The position numbers and the translations under genes are program-made. A stretch of 44,790 nucleotides of DNA from a virus. The stretch lies in the IMG/VR virus record IMGVR_UViG_3300018056_000002, positions 1-44,790 of that record; one strand, given 5' to 3'. The notes beneath the pieces were generated by a model. That model saw only the letters and a list, made by a program, of their open reading frames with translations. It had not been told where the DNA came from and did not search any database. Shown here one piece after another: positions 36,653-43,566 of this stretch (positions are counted from its first letter, which is position 1; each line of letters opens with the position of its first letter).

Positions 36653-37140
36653 AAATCGAAACCGTTGCTGAGGCGTTCGCCGACTACCAAGAGCGGGTCA
36701 TTCCCACGAACGCGCCGCACATTCAGATCGACGAATGCCGGCGCGCGTTCTTCGCCGGCGCGTATTTCCTGCTGATGGAACTCGCGACCGGCATCGGCGA
36801 CGACTCCACGTCCGAGGAAGACGGCATCGTCGCGCTTGAGCAATTGAAAATGGAGTGCGAGGCGTTCGCGGTCAGCGTGCGGAACGACCCCGCGCCGGCC
36901 GCTCCGTCTGTGCCCGAGATGCCCGACATCAGCTACAACGTTGACAACGCGGAGATCCGCCCGCTGCTGCAGGAGCTCGGCGACCGGATCGGGTCGGGCC
37001 TGCCGGACGGCTGGGGCTTCAACTTACTGCTGTTTGAATACGGTGAGGGCGAGGGCAAAGGGTTGTTCTACATCTCGAGCGCCAGGCGCGCCGACGTGAT
37101 CGCGGTCATGAAGGAATACATCAAGAGGCAGACGCAATGA
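36649..37140 (+). CDS. Hypothetical protein (163 aa)
   Basis: C-terminal part of ORF 36481..37140, with an ATGA overlap. MKIETVAEAFADYQERVIPTNAPHIQIDECRRAFFAGAYFLLMELATGIGDDSTSEEDGIVALEQLKMECEAF... Confidence 0.55.
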   Translation: MKIETVAEAFADYQERVIPTNAPHIQIDECRRAFFAGAYFLLMELATGIGDDSTSEEDGIVALEQLKMECEAFAVSVRNDPAPAAPSVPEMPDISYNVDNAEIRPLLQELGDRIGSGLPDGWGFNLLLFEYGEGEGKGLFYISSARRADVIAVMKEYIKRQTQ

Positions 37141-37577
37141 CATCGAAGGACAGCGGCACCCCGGATAGTTACCTCGAGAACGCCGACGTATGGACCGTGA
37201 TCGACCTGATCGCGGCGGAATTTCAGAGCGACCTGCGGGCCGCGCAGTGTTTCGATCTCCGTCTCGTCAGGCGCGCGATCGAGCTCGCGCAGCATGGGCA
37301 AGCCCAGCTCCTGAAAGACATCGTCGACGAGAACAACGAGGCGCACCAGGTCCTGAACACGTACGGGGCGCCGAAGGTGGACGCGGACGGGCGCATCCTC
37401 GGACTCCGCGACCGCCTCGCGCGGCTGCGCACACCGGCCGACGCGGAAATGATGCGACAGGCCAAGGAACTGACGCGGTGGATCCTCGGACAATACGAAA
37501 CCGTGTCGCTCTCGTCCGCGGAACTGGCGATGTTGTCGATCCTCATGGGGAAACGCGGCCGGGACGTGAGGTCATGA
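37137..37577 (+). CDS. Hypothetical protein, paralogue 1 (146 aa)
   Basis: ORF track, with an ATGA overlap. ...YLENADVWTVIDLIAAEFQSDLRAAQCFDLRLVRRAIELAQ...TRWILGQYETVSLSSAELAMLSILMGKRGRD. Paralogous to 37762-38055. Confidence 0.6.
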   Translation: MTSKDSGTPDSYLENADVWTVIDLIAAEFQSDLRAAQCFDLRLVRRAIELAQHGQAQLLKDIVDENNEAHQVLNTYGAPKVDADGRILGLRDRLARLRTPADAEMMRQAKELTRWILGQYETVSLSSAELAMLSILMGKRGRDVRS

Positions 37578-37765
37578 CGATCGCCGTCACCTCGACGATC
37601 GTCTTTGAGGTGCCGGCCGGCACCGATGTTGCCAGCGTGCGGGAGCAGTTTTTGAACGCGCATATGCTCGCCATCGGTCGCCCGATGGAGACACAGACCG
37701 GCCAGCGCTACGTGCTCCGCGCGATCGAGCGGCTCGACGTCGTGGAGCGAGTGAGGACCTCATGA
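37574..37765 (+). CDS. Hypothetical small protein (63 aa)
   Basis: C-terminal part of ORF 37190..37765, with ATGA overlaps on both sides. MTIAVTSTIVFEVPAGTDVASVREQFLNAHMLAIGRPMETQTGQRYVLRAIERLDVVERVRTS. Confidence 0.5.
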   Translation: MTIAVTSTIVFEVPAGTDVASVREQFLNAHMLAIGRPMETQTGQRYVLRAIERLDVVERVRTS

Positions 37766-38055
37766 GCGACGACTACCTCGCGAAGGCCAGCGTCTGGACG
37801 GTGTTGGATCTGATCGCGGCGGAGTTCGAGAGTGACCCGACGTCGGTCGCGTGTTTCGATTTGCGCCTGGTCGCGCGCACGATCGAGCTCGCGAAGGCGG
37901 GGCGACCAACTAACGCGGAGCTGATGGAACAGTCCGAGCACCTGCTCGACTGGATCATCACCCAATACGAAACGGTGTCGGTGGGGTCAGCGCGGCTTGC
38001 GGTCCTGTCGATCTTGATGGGTGTTCGCGATCGTGGCGATCGGCGGCCGACATGA
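37762..38055 (+). CDS. Hypothetical protein, paralogue 2 (97 aa)
   Basis: ORF track. ...YLAKASVWTVLDLIAAEFESDPTSVACFDLRLVARTIELAK...LDWIITQYETVSVGSARLAVLSILMGVRDRGD. It is the same two blocks as 37137-37577 without the central ~50 aa. Confidence 0.6.
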   Translation: MSDDYLAKASVWTVLDLIAAEFESDPTSVACFDLRLVARTIELAKAGRPTNAELMEQSEHLLDWIITQYETVSVGSARLAVLSILMGVRDRGDRRPT

Positions 38056-39341
38056 CCGTCTACAAACCGAAGCGCGGCATTACCTACCGCTACGGCTTCC
38101 ACTACGGCGGGCTCCCCTACCGCGGCAACACCAAGCAGCGCACCAAGGAACAAGCGGAGGCCGTCGAGGCCAGGCTCAAAGAGGCGCTCCGCCAGAAGGC
38201 GGGCGGCCTCACGCCGGCCGTCGCGCCCAGCGAGACGCCGACCTTTTCCGCGTGGGCGGGCACCACCCTCGCCTATCAGGCGAAATACATTAAGCGCCCG
38301 GCGATCCTCGAGCGCACGCTACGGATGGTGCTCGCGTTTTGGGGCGCCGCGCCGAGGAAGCCGGTCGGGCCGGCGGCCGTCGCGCGCATCGAAGCCGCGC
38401 CGCGGCCGTATCACAATCTCCGCCTCGGCGATCCGATCGCGGATCCGCGCTGGCTCGAGAAGTTCGAGCAATGGATGGACGCCCGCAAAATCAGCGGGTC
38501 GACGCGCAACACCTATCTGAGCGCCTGCTCGGACCTCTACACCTGTGCGCTGCAGCCGCAGTACCGCGCGACGACCGGCATCGCGAGTAACCCCTTCGCC
38601 GGCATCCGCCGCAGCCCGACGCGAGCGCGCGTGGTCACGCTCACGCCCAACCAGATCCTCGCGCTCGTCGCCGACGCCGGTCAGCACATCGCGCACGCGC
38701 TCTGCATCGCGGCGCTTGCGCCGAAGCTCCGCGTGGCGACGATCCTCGCGCTCGAGTGGGCGACGCACTTCGATCCGGAGCTCACGAGGATCACGGTCGC
38801 GGACCACAAGACGAGCGGCACCGCGGGCGCGCAGACGGTGCCTGTCAGCGCGCAACTGCGCGCGCTGCTGCTCGACATCCGCGCCGCGCAGGATCCGCCG
38901 CGCGCGTATGTCATCACGTGGCGCGGCCGGCCCGTGCGCTCCATCAAGACCGGCCTGCGGCGCGCCGTCGAGGCGATCGGGCTGCGCTGGGGCCTCAAGG
39001 ACGGCGTGACCTTTCACGTCATGCGGCACTCGGTCGCGACGATCCTCGCGACTCCGCAGATGGTCGGCACGCTCACCGAGCGGCTGCGCGCCGACGTGAT
39101 GGGGCATCGCGAGCTGCGGACAACGCAGAAATATACGCACCTGAGCACGGCCATCCAGGAGGCGCCGCATGAGGCGCTGTCGGCCGTGCTGCCGGGCCTG
39201 CGCGCGGCGGCGACCAGGCCACCGCGGCAGGCGAAAGTCAGTATGGTGAAAAGTATGATCCTGGCAGGCGGCGCGAACGCAAAACCCCAACAAAAGCGCG
39301 TCGTACGATTTACACCCTCACCACTCACCAAGCGCGCATAA
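38052..39341 (+). CDS. int: Tyrosine integrase (429 aa)
   Basis: ...FHVMRHSVATILA...ADVMGHRELRTTQKYTHL gives the R...HxxR...Y catalytic signature. N-terminal arm-binding-like domain. attP lies immediately downstream. Confidence 0.85.
   Translation: MTVYKPKRGITYRYGFHYGGLPYRGNTKQRTKEQAEAVEARLKEALRQKAGGLTPAVAPSETPTFSAWAGTTLAYQAKYIKRPAILERTLRMVLAFWGAAPRKPVGPAAVARIEAAPRPYHNLRLGDPIADPRWLEKFEQWMDARKISGSTRNTYLSACSDLYTCALQPQYRATTGIASNPFAGIRRSPTRARVVTLTPNQILALVADAGQHIAHALCIAALAPKLRVATILALEWATHFDPELTRITVADHKTSGTAGAQTVPVSAQLRALLLDIRAAQDPPRAYVITWRGRPVRSIKTGLRRAVEAIGLRWGLKDGVTFHVMRHSVATILATPQMVGTLTERLRADVMGHRELRTTQKYTHLSTAIQEAPHEALSAVLPGLRAAATRPPRQAKVSMVKSMILAGGANAKPQQKRVVRFTPSPLTKRA
39241..39262. repeat. 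22-bp direct repeat copy 1 (GTATGGTGAAAAGTATGATCCT), candidate integrase arm-type site
   Basis: Identical string at 39485-39506. The two copies bracket the tRNA-like attP core. This copy lies in the 3' end of int. Confidence 0.6.
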
Positions 39342-39391
39342 CGGCGGATTTACTCAGCAAATCGGCGCGTTTCGAGGCCATGCCCGCCGAT

Positions 39392-39436
39392 TTCGTAATC
39401 AGCAGGTCACCAGTTCAAGTCTGGTCGCCGGCTCCA
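39392..39436 (+). other. attP core: 3' half of a tRNA-Thr(CGU)-like gene (anticodon loop to CCA)
   Basis: TTCGTAA (anticodon loop, CGT) TCAGC AGGTC (variable loop) ACCAG TTCAAGT CTGGT (T arm) CGCCGGC T CCA. The upstream bases cannot form the anticodon-stem 5' strand, D arm or acceptor 5' strand, so only the 3' half is present, as in tRNA-targeting phage attP sites. Confidence 0.7.
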
Positions 39437-39484
39437 ATCCACTCAATAACTTACAGGCAAGTGTGGTGACCGCAATCAGTTGGT

Positions 39485-39506
39485 GTATGGTGAAAAGTAT
39501 GATCCT
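39485..39506. repeat. 22-bp direct repeat copy 2 (GTATGGTGAAAAGTATGATCCT)
   Basis: Perfect copy of 39241-39262, 49 bp downstream of the tRNA-like CCA end. Confidence 0.6.
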
Positions 39507-39517
39507 CGGCGCGGGTT

Positions 39518-39712
39518 TCACTTTCGCTTTTCGTCCTTGATCACGCCGTCGCGGATCATCTGCCAAGCGCGCCGGCGATCGGCACAGATGCGTCGCTCAG
39601 GGGCGATCGCCTGCGGCGCCGTCGGATGCCGACAGGGTTCGCCGCGTGGCGCGCCGCACGTCGGACAGGCCACGGCAGCGATCGCTTTCTCCTCGCGGTG
39701 CTTACTCGCCAT
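39518..39712 (-). CDS. Small zinc-finger protein (64 aa)
   Basis: ORF track. MASKHREEKAIAAVACPTCGAPRGEPCRHPTAPQAIAPERRICADRRRAWQMIRDGVIKDEKRK. Confidence 0.5.
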   Translation of the reverse strand: MASKHREEKAIAAVACPTCGAPRGEPCRHPTAPQAIAPERRICADRRRAWQMIRDGVIKDEKRK

Positions 39713-40076
39713 CTGTCACGCCTCCCAGCGCGTCCTCGAGCGCATCTGAATCGAGGGCCGCGAGCTGCCGCCAAATCTCCTCTTCGTGGCCCCAATCGAG
39801 CACATGCGGAATGCCCGCTTTCGCCAGATGCCGCGTCGACGGCTGCATCGCCTTCACGGTGTAAGCCATCGCCAGCAGCGCATTGCGGCAGCCGTCCTCA
39901 TCGCTGCTGCCCCAGAGCCGGACCAGGTGCAGGAACGCCGACAGCGCGCGCGCATCCTGCCCGGTGAGCGGTGCGAGGGCGGACTTGTTCCCGGTTTCCC
40001 GCGCGATCCGATCGCCGATCCACCTCGGCCCGGTCTGACACACTGGCTTCTCTTCCGGCCATCGTTTCGCTTTCAT
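39702..40076 (-). CDS. Hypothetical protein (124 aa)
   Basis: Internal ATG of ORF 39702..40286 (offset 70 codons). MKAKRWPEEKPVCQTGPRWIGDRIARETGNKSALAPLTGQDARALSAFLHLVRLWGSSDEDGCRNALLAMAYTVKAM... Confidence 0.55.
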   Translation of the reverse strand: MKAKRWPEEKPVCQTGPRWIGDRIARETGNKSALAPLTGQDARALSAFLHLVRLWGSSDEDGCRNALLAMAYTVKAMQPSTRHLAKAGIPHVLDWGHEEEIWRQLAALDSDALEDALGGVTDGE

Positions 40077-40096
40077 CGCTCGAGCGCGAGCCGCGT

Positions 40097-40324
40097 TCAC
40101 GACTTCACCGCGGCCTTCGGCTTTCGCGATCGCGGCGTTCTTCCGAGTGTCACGACTTCGTAGACGTAGCCAGGACCGGCCACCAGTCGCGTGAGAGCGG
40201 CGCCGCAATCCGCACAGGAGATCCGCCGCAAGCCGGTTTCCTCGCTGCCGATCCGATTCAGGTTGCGATGCGCACACGCGATCCACCGAGTTTTCAGTTT
40301 CTTCTTGCTCATCGTTGTAGCCAT
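40097..40324 (-). CDS. Small basic Zn-ribbon-like protein (75 aa; alternative start at 40312)
   Basis: ORF track. ...MSKKKLKTRWIACAHRNLNRIGSEETGLRRISCADCGAALTRLVAGPGYVYEVVTLGR... Confidence 0.45.
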   Translation of the reverse strand: MATTMSKKKLKTRWIACAHRNLNRIGSEETGLRRISCADCGAALTRLVAGPGYVYEVVTLGRTPRSRKPKAAVKS

Positions 40325-40327
40325 TCC

Positions 40328-40363
40328 TTCCAGAGCGTCAGGGTTTTCCAGAGCGTCAGGGTT
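40328..40363. repeat. Perfect 18-bp tandem duplication (TTCCAGAGCGTCAGGGTT x2)
   Basis: Read directly in the gap between the exonuclease stop (40362-40364) and the next start (40324). The second unit overlaps the TAA stop. Confidence 0.85.
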
Positions 40364-41006
40364 AAGCTGCCCCCTGTCGTAGTTCCTCAGTGTCGACCTC
40401 GCGCAGGAACAGCGCCGCGGCGAGCGCGTAGCTCGCGACCTCGCGCTCGTCGCGCTCGACCCGGACCACGAGCGCGCGCAGCGCCGGCGGAAACTCCGGC
40501 TGATACGACATCCAATCGCACCAGCGCGCGCCGGTCAGCCAGAGCGCATGGATGATCTGCTTGCGGTGCGGGCCGGGCAGCGTGCCGGCCGTCAGGTAAT
40601 CGGCGTGCGTGAGCGCCAGCGGGCATTTGAGCTCGAGGAGGCCCTGGTAATCCCCGACGTGGCCGTCGAGCGAGACGCCGACCGGGAGCGTACGATGCGC
40701 GAGGAACCCGGTACGCGTGACAAACGTCCCGGTCACGGCTTCGTACCAGTCGCGCGCCGCGGGTTCGCGCTCGAGCGCGGTCCGCATCGCCGCCGACTCG
40801 TAGGTCGGCCCGTGCGGCCGGCCGGTCAGGCGCTCGCGCGCGAGCTGCTCGCGCAAGGTCCGCCGGCCGATCGACTCCCCGCCCTTGACCGTCGCGAGCA
40901 TGTCGGCGGCGCGACTGCCGGTGAGCCGGCCGAGCCGCGCCGCGACCCAGGCCGGCGACAGTTGCGGCGCCTCGAGCACCGTGAAGGCGTGCGCGCGGGT
41001 AATCAT
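40362..41006 (-). CDS. YqaJ-type (lambda-exonuclease-like, PD-(D/E)xK) recombination exonuclease (214 aa)
   Basis: Internal ATG of ORF 40362..41129 (offset 41 codons), in an ATGA overlap with erf. MITRAHAFTVLEAPQLSPAWVAARLGRLTGSRAADM...VSLDGHVGDYQGLLELKCPLALTH... Confidence 0.7.
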   Translation of the reverse strand: MITRAHAFTVLEAPQLSPAWVAARLGRLTGSRAADMLATVKGGESIGRRTLREQLARERLTGRPHGPTYESAAMRTALEREPAARDWYEAVTGTFVTRTGFLAHRTLPVGVSLDGHVGDYQGLLELKCPLALTHADYLTAGTLPGPHRKQIIHALWLTGARWCDWMSYQPEFPPALRALVVRVERDEREVASYALAAALFLREVDTEELRQGAA

Positions 41007-41710
41007 GACGCGCGGCCGTTCCCGCGGGGCGCCGTGACCATGCGCGCTGCGATCGCCTTGAGCTCGTCCTTCAGGGCCGGCGCCGTCAGCGTCATGTGCT
41101 GACGATACTCCTGCGGGGCCGCGAACCACACATGCTCGAGGTTCGCCGGGCCGAGCATCGCCGCCGCGCGAAAGACGTCACACCAGGCGAGATACCCCTC
41201 CGGGTGCTGCAGGCGCGCCAGCCGCGCGGCGATGTCGCGGGCGTCTGCTGTCGGCGCCGCCGGCGCCGGCGCGACGTCGTTCGTCGTCCGGTCGGCATCG
41301 TGGTCGCCCTCGGTCGGAATGCAGAAGGTTTGCACCGCGGCGTATTTGTAGGCGGCGCTCATGGCTTTATTCGTCGCCTTGTCGGCGCTATCCATCGCTT
41401 CCCCGAACATCTTGACCGTGTGCCGCGACCCGTCTGCGGCGGACACGAAATCAAATTCCGCTTCGACGGTGACGTAAAACAGCACGCCGCCGTTGCGCGA
41501 GGCGCGCTCGACGAGTGTGCGCGCGAGCACCCGCGGCAGAATCACGAGCCGGTGTTTCGCGAGCAGCGGCGACAGCGCATTCATGACGTCCTCGATACCG
41601 CGGAACGTGTAGCCCTGTTGCTCGTTGCGCCGCGTTTTCCCGATGCCCCCCTGCGCGATGTCGCGGGCCACGTTGACGATGCAGTCGTAGACCGTGCTGC
41701 CGGCGCTCAT
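41003..41710 (-). CDS. erf: ERF-family single-strand annealing protein (235 aa)
   Basis: Internal ATG of ORF 41003..41902 (offset 64 codons), with an ATGA overlap. ...NEQQGYTFRGIEDVMNALSPLLAKHRLVILPRV...MFGEAMDSADKATNKAMSAAYKYAAVQTFCIPTEG are ERF hallmarks. Confidence 0.8.
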   Translation of the reverse strand: MSAGSTVYDCIVNVARDIAQGGIGKTRRNEQQGYTFRGIEDVMNALSPLLAKHRLVILPRVLARTLVERASRNGGVLFYVTVEAEFDFVSAADGSRHTVKMFGEAMDSADKATNKAMSAAYKYAAVQTFCIPTEGDHDADRTTNDVAPAPAAPTADARDIAARLARLQHPEGYLAWCDVFRAAAMLGPANLEHVWFAAPQEYRQHMTLTAPALKDELKAIAARMVTAPRGNGRAS

Positions 41711-42021
41711 GAGCACCGCCCGCAGTAGCCGCAGTTCGCGCCGCACTCGGCGCCGCAGAGCTCCTCGCGCTCGTCGTCGTGCTCGCGCTCCTGCTGGCGC
41801 TTCATCGCCTCGAAAATCATCTTGTCGCTGCACGCCTGGCACATGCCGTGCGAGGCGCGCGCGCTGTCGACGGTCGGGTCGAACGTCGGGCACCAGGCGC
41901 AAATGACGGGCCGCGGCGGCGCGCTGTCGGTGAGGCGGGCGACGAGACGCTCGGCGGACGCCGGAACACTCTCGACGCTCTCATAGGGGAAATATTCGGA
42001 GCGCAGGAACTTCGGCATCAT
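41707..42021 (-). CDS. Cys-rich hypothetical protein (104 aa)
   Basis: Internal ATG (offset 25 codons), with an ATGA overlap. MMPKFLRSEYFPYESVESV...VICAWCPTFDPTVDSARASHGMCQACSDKM...ELCGAECGANCGYCGRCS. Confidence 0.5.
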   Translation of the reverse strand: MMPKFLRSEYFPYESVESVPASAERLVARLTDSAPPRPVICAWCPTFDPTVDSARASHGMCQACSDKMIFEAMKRQQEREHDDEREELCGAECGANCGYCGRCS

Positions 42022-42371
42022 CGGCCCACCCGCGCATTCCGCGCGCCCAAGGACGCGAGCGCGATGCCGGCGGAGTAGCCAAGCACGGCCGCCCATCGGG
42101 GATGCCCTTCCGCCGCGAGTTTTTTCATGATGAGCGCGAGGCCCGCGGTTGCCGCCAGCTTCCCGCCGATAAGGCCGGGCGTGCCGCCCACGGCGAGGAA
42201 GGGGTTGCCTTCCTTGGCGCGCCCGCTGCCGACCGCCTCGAGCGACGTCGCCAGGTCGACGCTCGAGCCGATGGTCATCACGAGATACGGGGCTGGGCCG
42301 AGGGACTGTGCGGAGGCGGGGACCGCGGCGACGAGGAGCGCGACGACGAGGAGGAGGATACGTGGACTCAT
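42018..42371 (-). CDS. Secreted/membrane protein (117 aa, DUF5658-like)
   Basis: MSPRILLLVVALLVAAVPASAQS is a signal peptide, followed by ...VDLATSLEAVGSGRAKEGNPFL...GLALIMKKL... First gene of the leftward operon. Confidence 0.55.
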   Translation of the reverse strand: MSPRILLLVVALLVAAVPASAQSLGPAPYLVMTIGSSVDLATSLEAVGSGRAKEGNPFLAVGGTPGLIGGKLAATAGLALIMKKLAAEGHPRWAAVLGYSAGIALASLGARNARVGR

Positions 42372-42505
42372 GGAGCGCCTCTTTTGCCGGCGAGAGGCGT
42401 CCCCATTTACACTACGGGGAGCCCGCTCGACCGAGCACTAGTCGGTTGACGGGTGAGGCGCCGGTCGGTGCTACTAACACCGGGCGGCGCCGTTTGAACT
42501 TTTGA

Positions 42506-42535
42506 AGTCTACGGCATTGCCGTATGGGTTGTCAA
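42506..42535 (-). promoter_or_regulatory. Leftward promoter candidate (TTGACA -35 at 42535-42530, 18-nt spacer, TAGACT -10 at 42511-42506)
   Basis: Minus strand reads TTGACAACCCATACGGCAATGCCGTAGACT. The spacer and -10 coincide with operator copy 1. It drives the 42371->39518 operon. Confidence 0.5.
42508..42524. promoter_or_regulatory. Operator-like palindrome 1 (TCTACGGCATTGCCGTA)
   Basis: Arms TACGGCA/TGCCGTA form a perfect 7-bp inverted repeat. It matches 16 of 17 bases to the reverse complement of the site at 42555-42572. Confidence 0.6.
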
Positions 42536-42554
42536 GCGGCATCCTTTACAAGAA

Positions 42555-42572
42555 CTACGGCAATGTCGTAGA
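42555..42572. promoter_or_regulatory. Operator-like palindrome 2 (CTACGGCAATGTCGTAGA)
   Basis: Second copy, centre-to-centre spacing about 47 bp. Lies 10 nt upstream of the HTH gene ATG. Confidence 0.6.
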
Positions 42573-42582
42573 CTGGCAAGGC

Positions 42583-42774
42583 ATGACGACCGCCGACGAA
42601 GTCCGCGCCCTGCGCGCCGCGCTCCACGAAGACACGGCGACCTTCGGATTGCGCTGGCATCGGTCGGGCCGCACGATTGAAGATTGGGAGCAGGGCCGCC
42701 GCCAGCCGGACGCGCTCGCGCTCGACGGGATCCGGAAGCTCGCGGCGCGGCGGGCGAAGAGGAAGCAGGAGTAA
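42583..42774 (+). CDS. Small HTH regulator (63 aa, MqsA/HigA/XRE-like WEQGRRxP type)
   Basis: MTTADEVRALRAALHEDTATFGLRWHRSGRTIEDWEQGRRQPDALALDGIRKLAARRAKRKQE. First ATG inside ORF 42502..42774. The upstream part of that ORF is the operator region. Confidence 0.65.
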   Translation: MTTADEVRALRAALHEDTATFGLRWHRSGRTIEDWEQGRRQPDALALDGIRKLAARRAKRKQE

Positions 42775-42897
42775 ATGGACTGGCTGTATTACGCGATCGT
42801 CTACGGCGTCGGCACCGTCAACGGCTACTGGCTCGGCGAGATGTTCTGCGGCAAGTGCGCCGCGGCACGTCGCGCAAAGGCGCACCCGATCGACTGA
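42775..42897 (+). CDS. Small membrane protein (40 aa)
   Basis: Not in the ORF track. ATG directly follows the TAA of the HTH gene. MDWLYYAIVYGVGTVNGYWLGEMFCGKCAAARRAKAHPID. Confidence 0.35.
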   Translation: MDWLYYAIVYGVGTVNGYWLGEMFCGKCAAARRAKAHPID

Positions 42898-42899
42898 GC

Positions 42900-42926
42900 G
42901 CCGCCGGTCCCCGTCAGGCCGGCGGC
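42900..42926. terminator. Hairpin between convergent genes (GCCGCCGG / CCGGCGGC, 11-nt loop), bidirectional terminator candidate
   Basis: Seen between the stop of the 40-aa ORF (42897) and the stop of the 203-aa gene (42914-42916). Only a weak T-tract (TT) follows. Confidence 0.3.
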
Positions 42927-43525
42927 TTCGCGAGCCCCAGGTAGGGCACCTGGAGCCCCTTCTTCTGCATCCCCGCGATCTGCTGGAGGCCGGCGAGGAT
43001 CACCGCCCGGTCGAGCGTCAGGGCGCGATTCAAAATCCGGAGCTCCTCGAGCTGCAGACCGATCTCCTTCGCCAGTCCTCCCAGCGCGACCGCCATCGTT
43101 TCAAGGTGATGCACCTCGGCGTCCGACACGGCGGGCGGGAGCGGGATCTGGGGCGGCGCCGGCGTGCCGGGGACGGCATCGATCGGGAACGGCGGCGCCC
43201 AGCGCGTCGGATCCACCTTCACCGGGTTGACGTTCCACGCCGGGCCGTTGCCGGTGCCGGGGATCGCATTCCCGTACGCGTCCTCGTCGCCGCCGCCGTT
43301 CACGAGGATGTCGACGACCGTGCCGTCGCGGTAGGCGATGATGTCGACGGCGTAGCCCAGACAGTTGTTGCCGCCGTTTTTCAGCAGCAAGCCGGCGCCG
43401 TCCGCGCGCAGCGCCCACGCCACGCGCTTGGTCACCTCGAAGGCGCCGCACGGGCCGACGAGTGAGACACCGCGGGCCGTCAGATCCGCTTTCACCTGCA
43501 CGACGACGTCTGCGTGATCAGTCAT
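42914..43525 (-). CDS. Hypothetical protein sharing a conserved module with the 1,222-aa tail protein (203 aa)
   Basis: ATG 43525 is preceded by GGAGGGACAG. It is the C-terminal 203 aa of ORF 42914..44449, and the rest of that ORF is R-rich shadow. MTDHADVVVQVKADLTARGVSLVGPCGAFEVTKRVAWALRADGAGLLLKNGGNNCLGYAVDIIAYRDG... with a C-terminal coiled-coil-like tail. Confidence 0.6.
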   Translation of the reverse strand: MTDHADVVVQVKADLTARGVSLVGPCGAFEVTKRVAWALRADGAGLLLKNGGNNCLGYAVDIIAYRDGTVVDILVNGGGDEDAYGNAIPGTGNGPAWNVNPVKVDPTRWAPPFPIDAVPGTPAPPQIPLPPAVSDAEVHHLETMAVALGGLAKEIGLQLEELRILNRALTLDRAVILAGLQQIAGMQKKGLQVPYLGLAKPPA

Positions 43526-43566
43526 CTGTCCCTCCACGTGCCACTCGTCCTTCATCCGCCGCTCAG

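Noticed and set aside
38319-39293. Minus-strand 324-aa ORF opposite the integrase
   Set aside because: It is an R-rich shadow. The plus strand carries the clear tyrosine-recombinase signature.
39342-39436. A complete tRNA gene downstream of int
   Set aside because: Only the anticodon loop through CCA can be folded. The bases upstream cannot pair as the anticodon-stem 5' strand, D arm or acceptor 5' strand. It is interpreted as the attP core instead.
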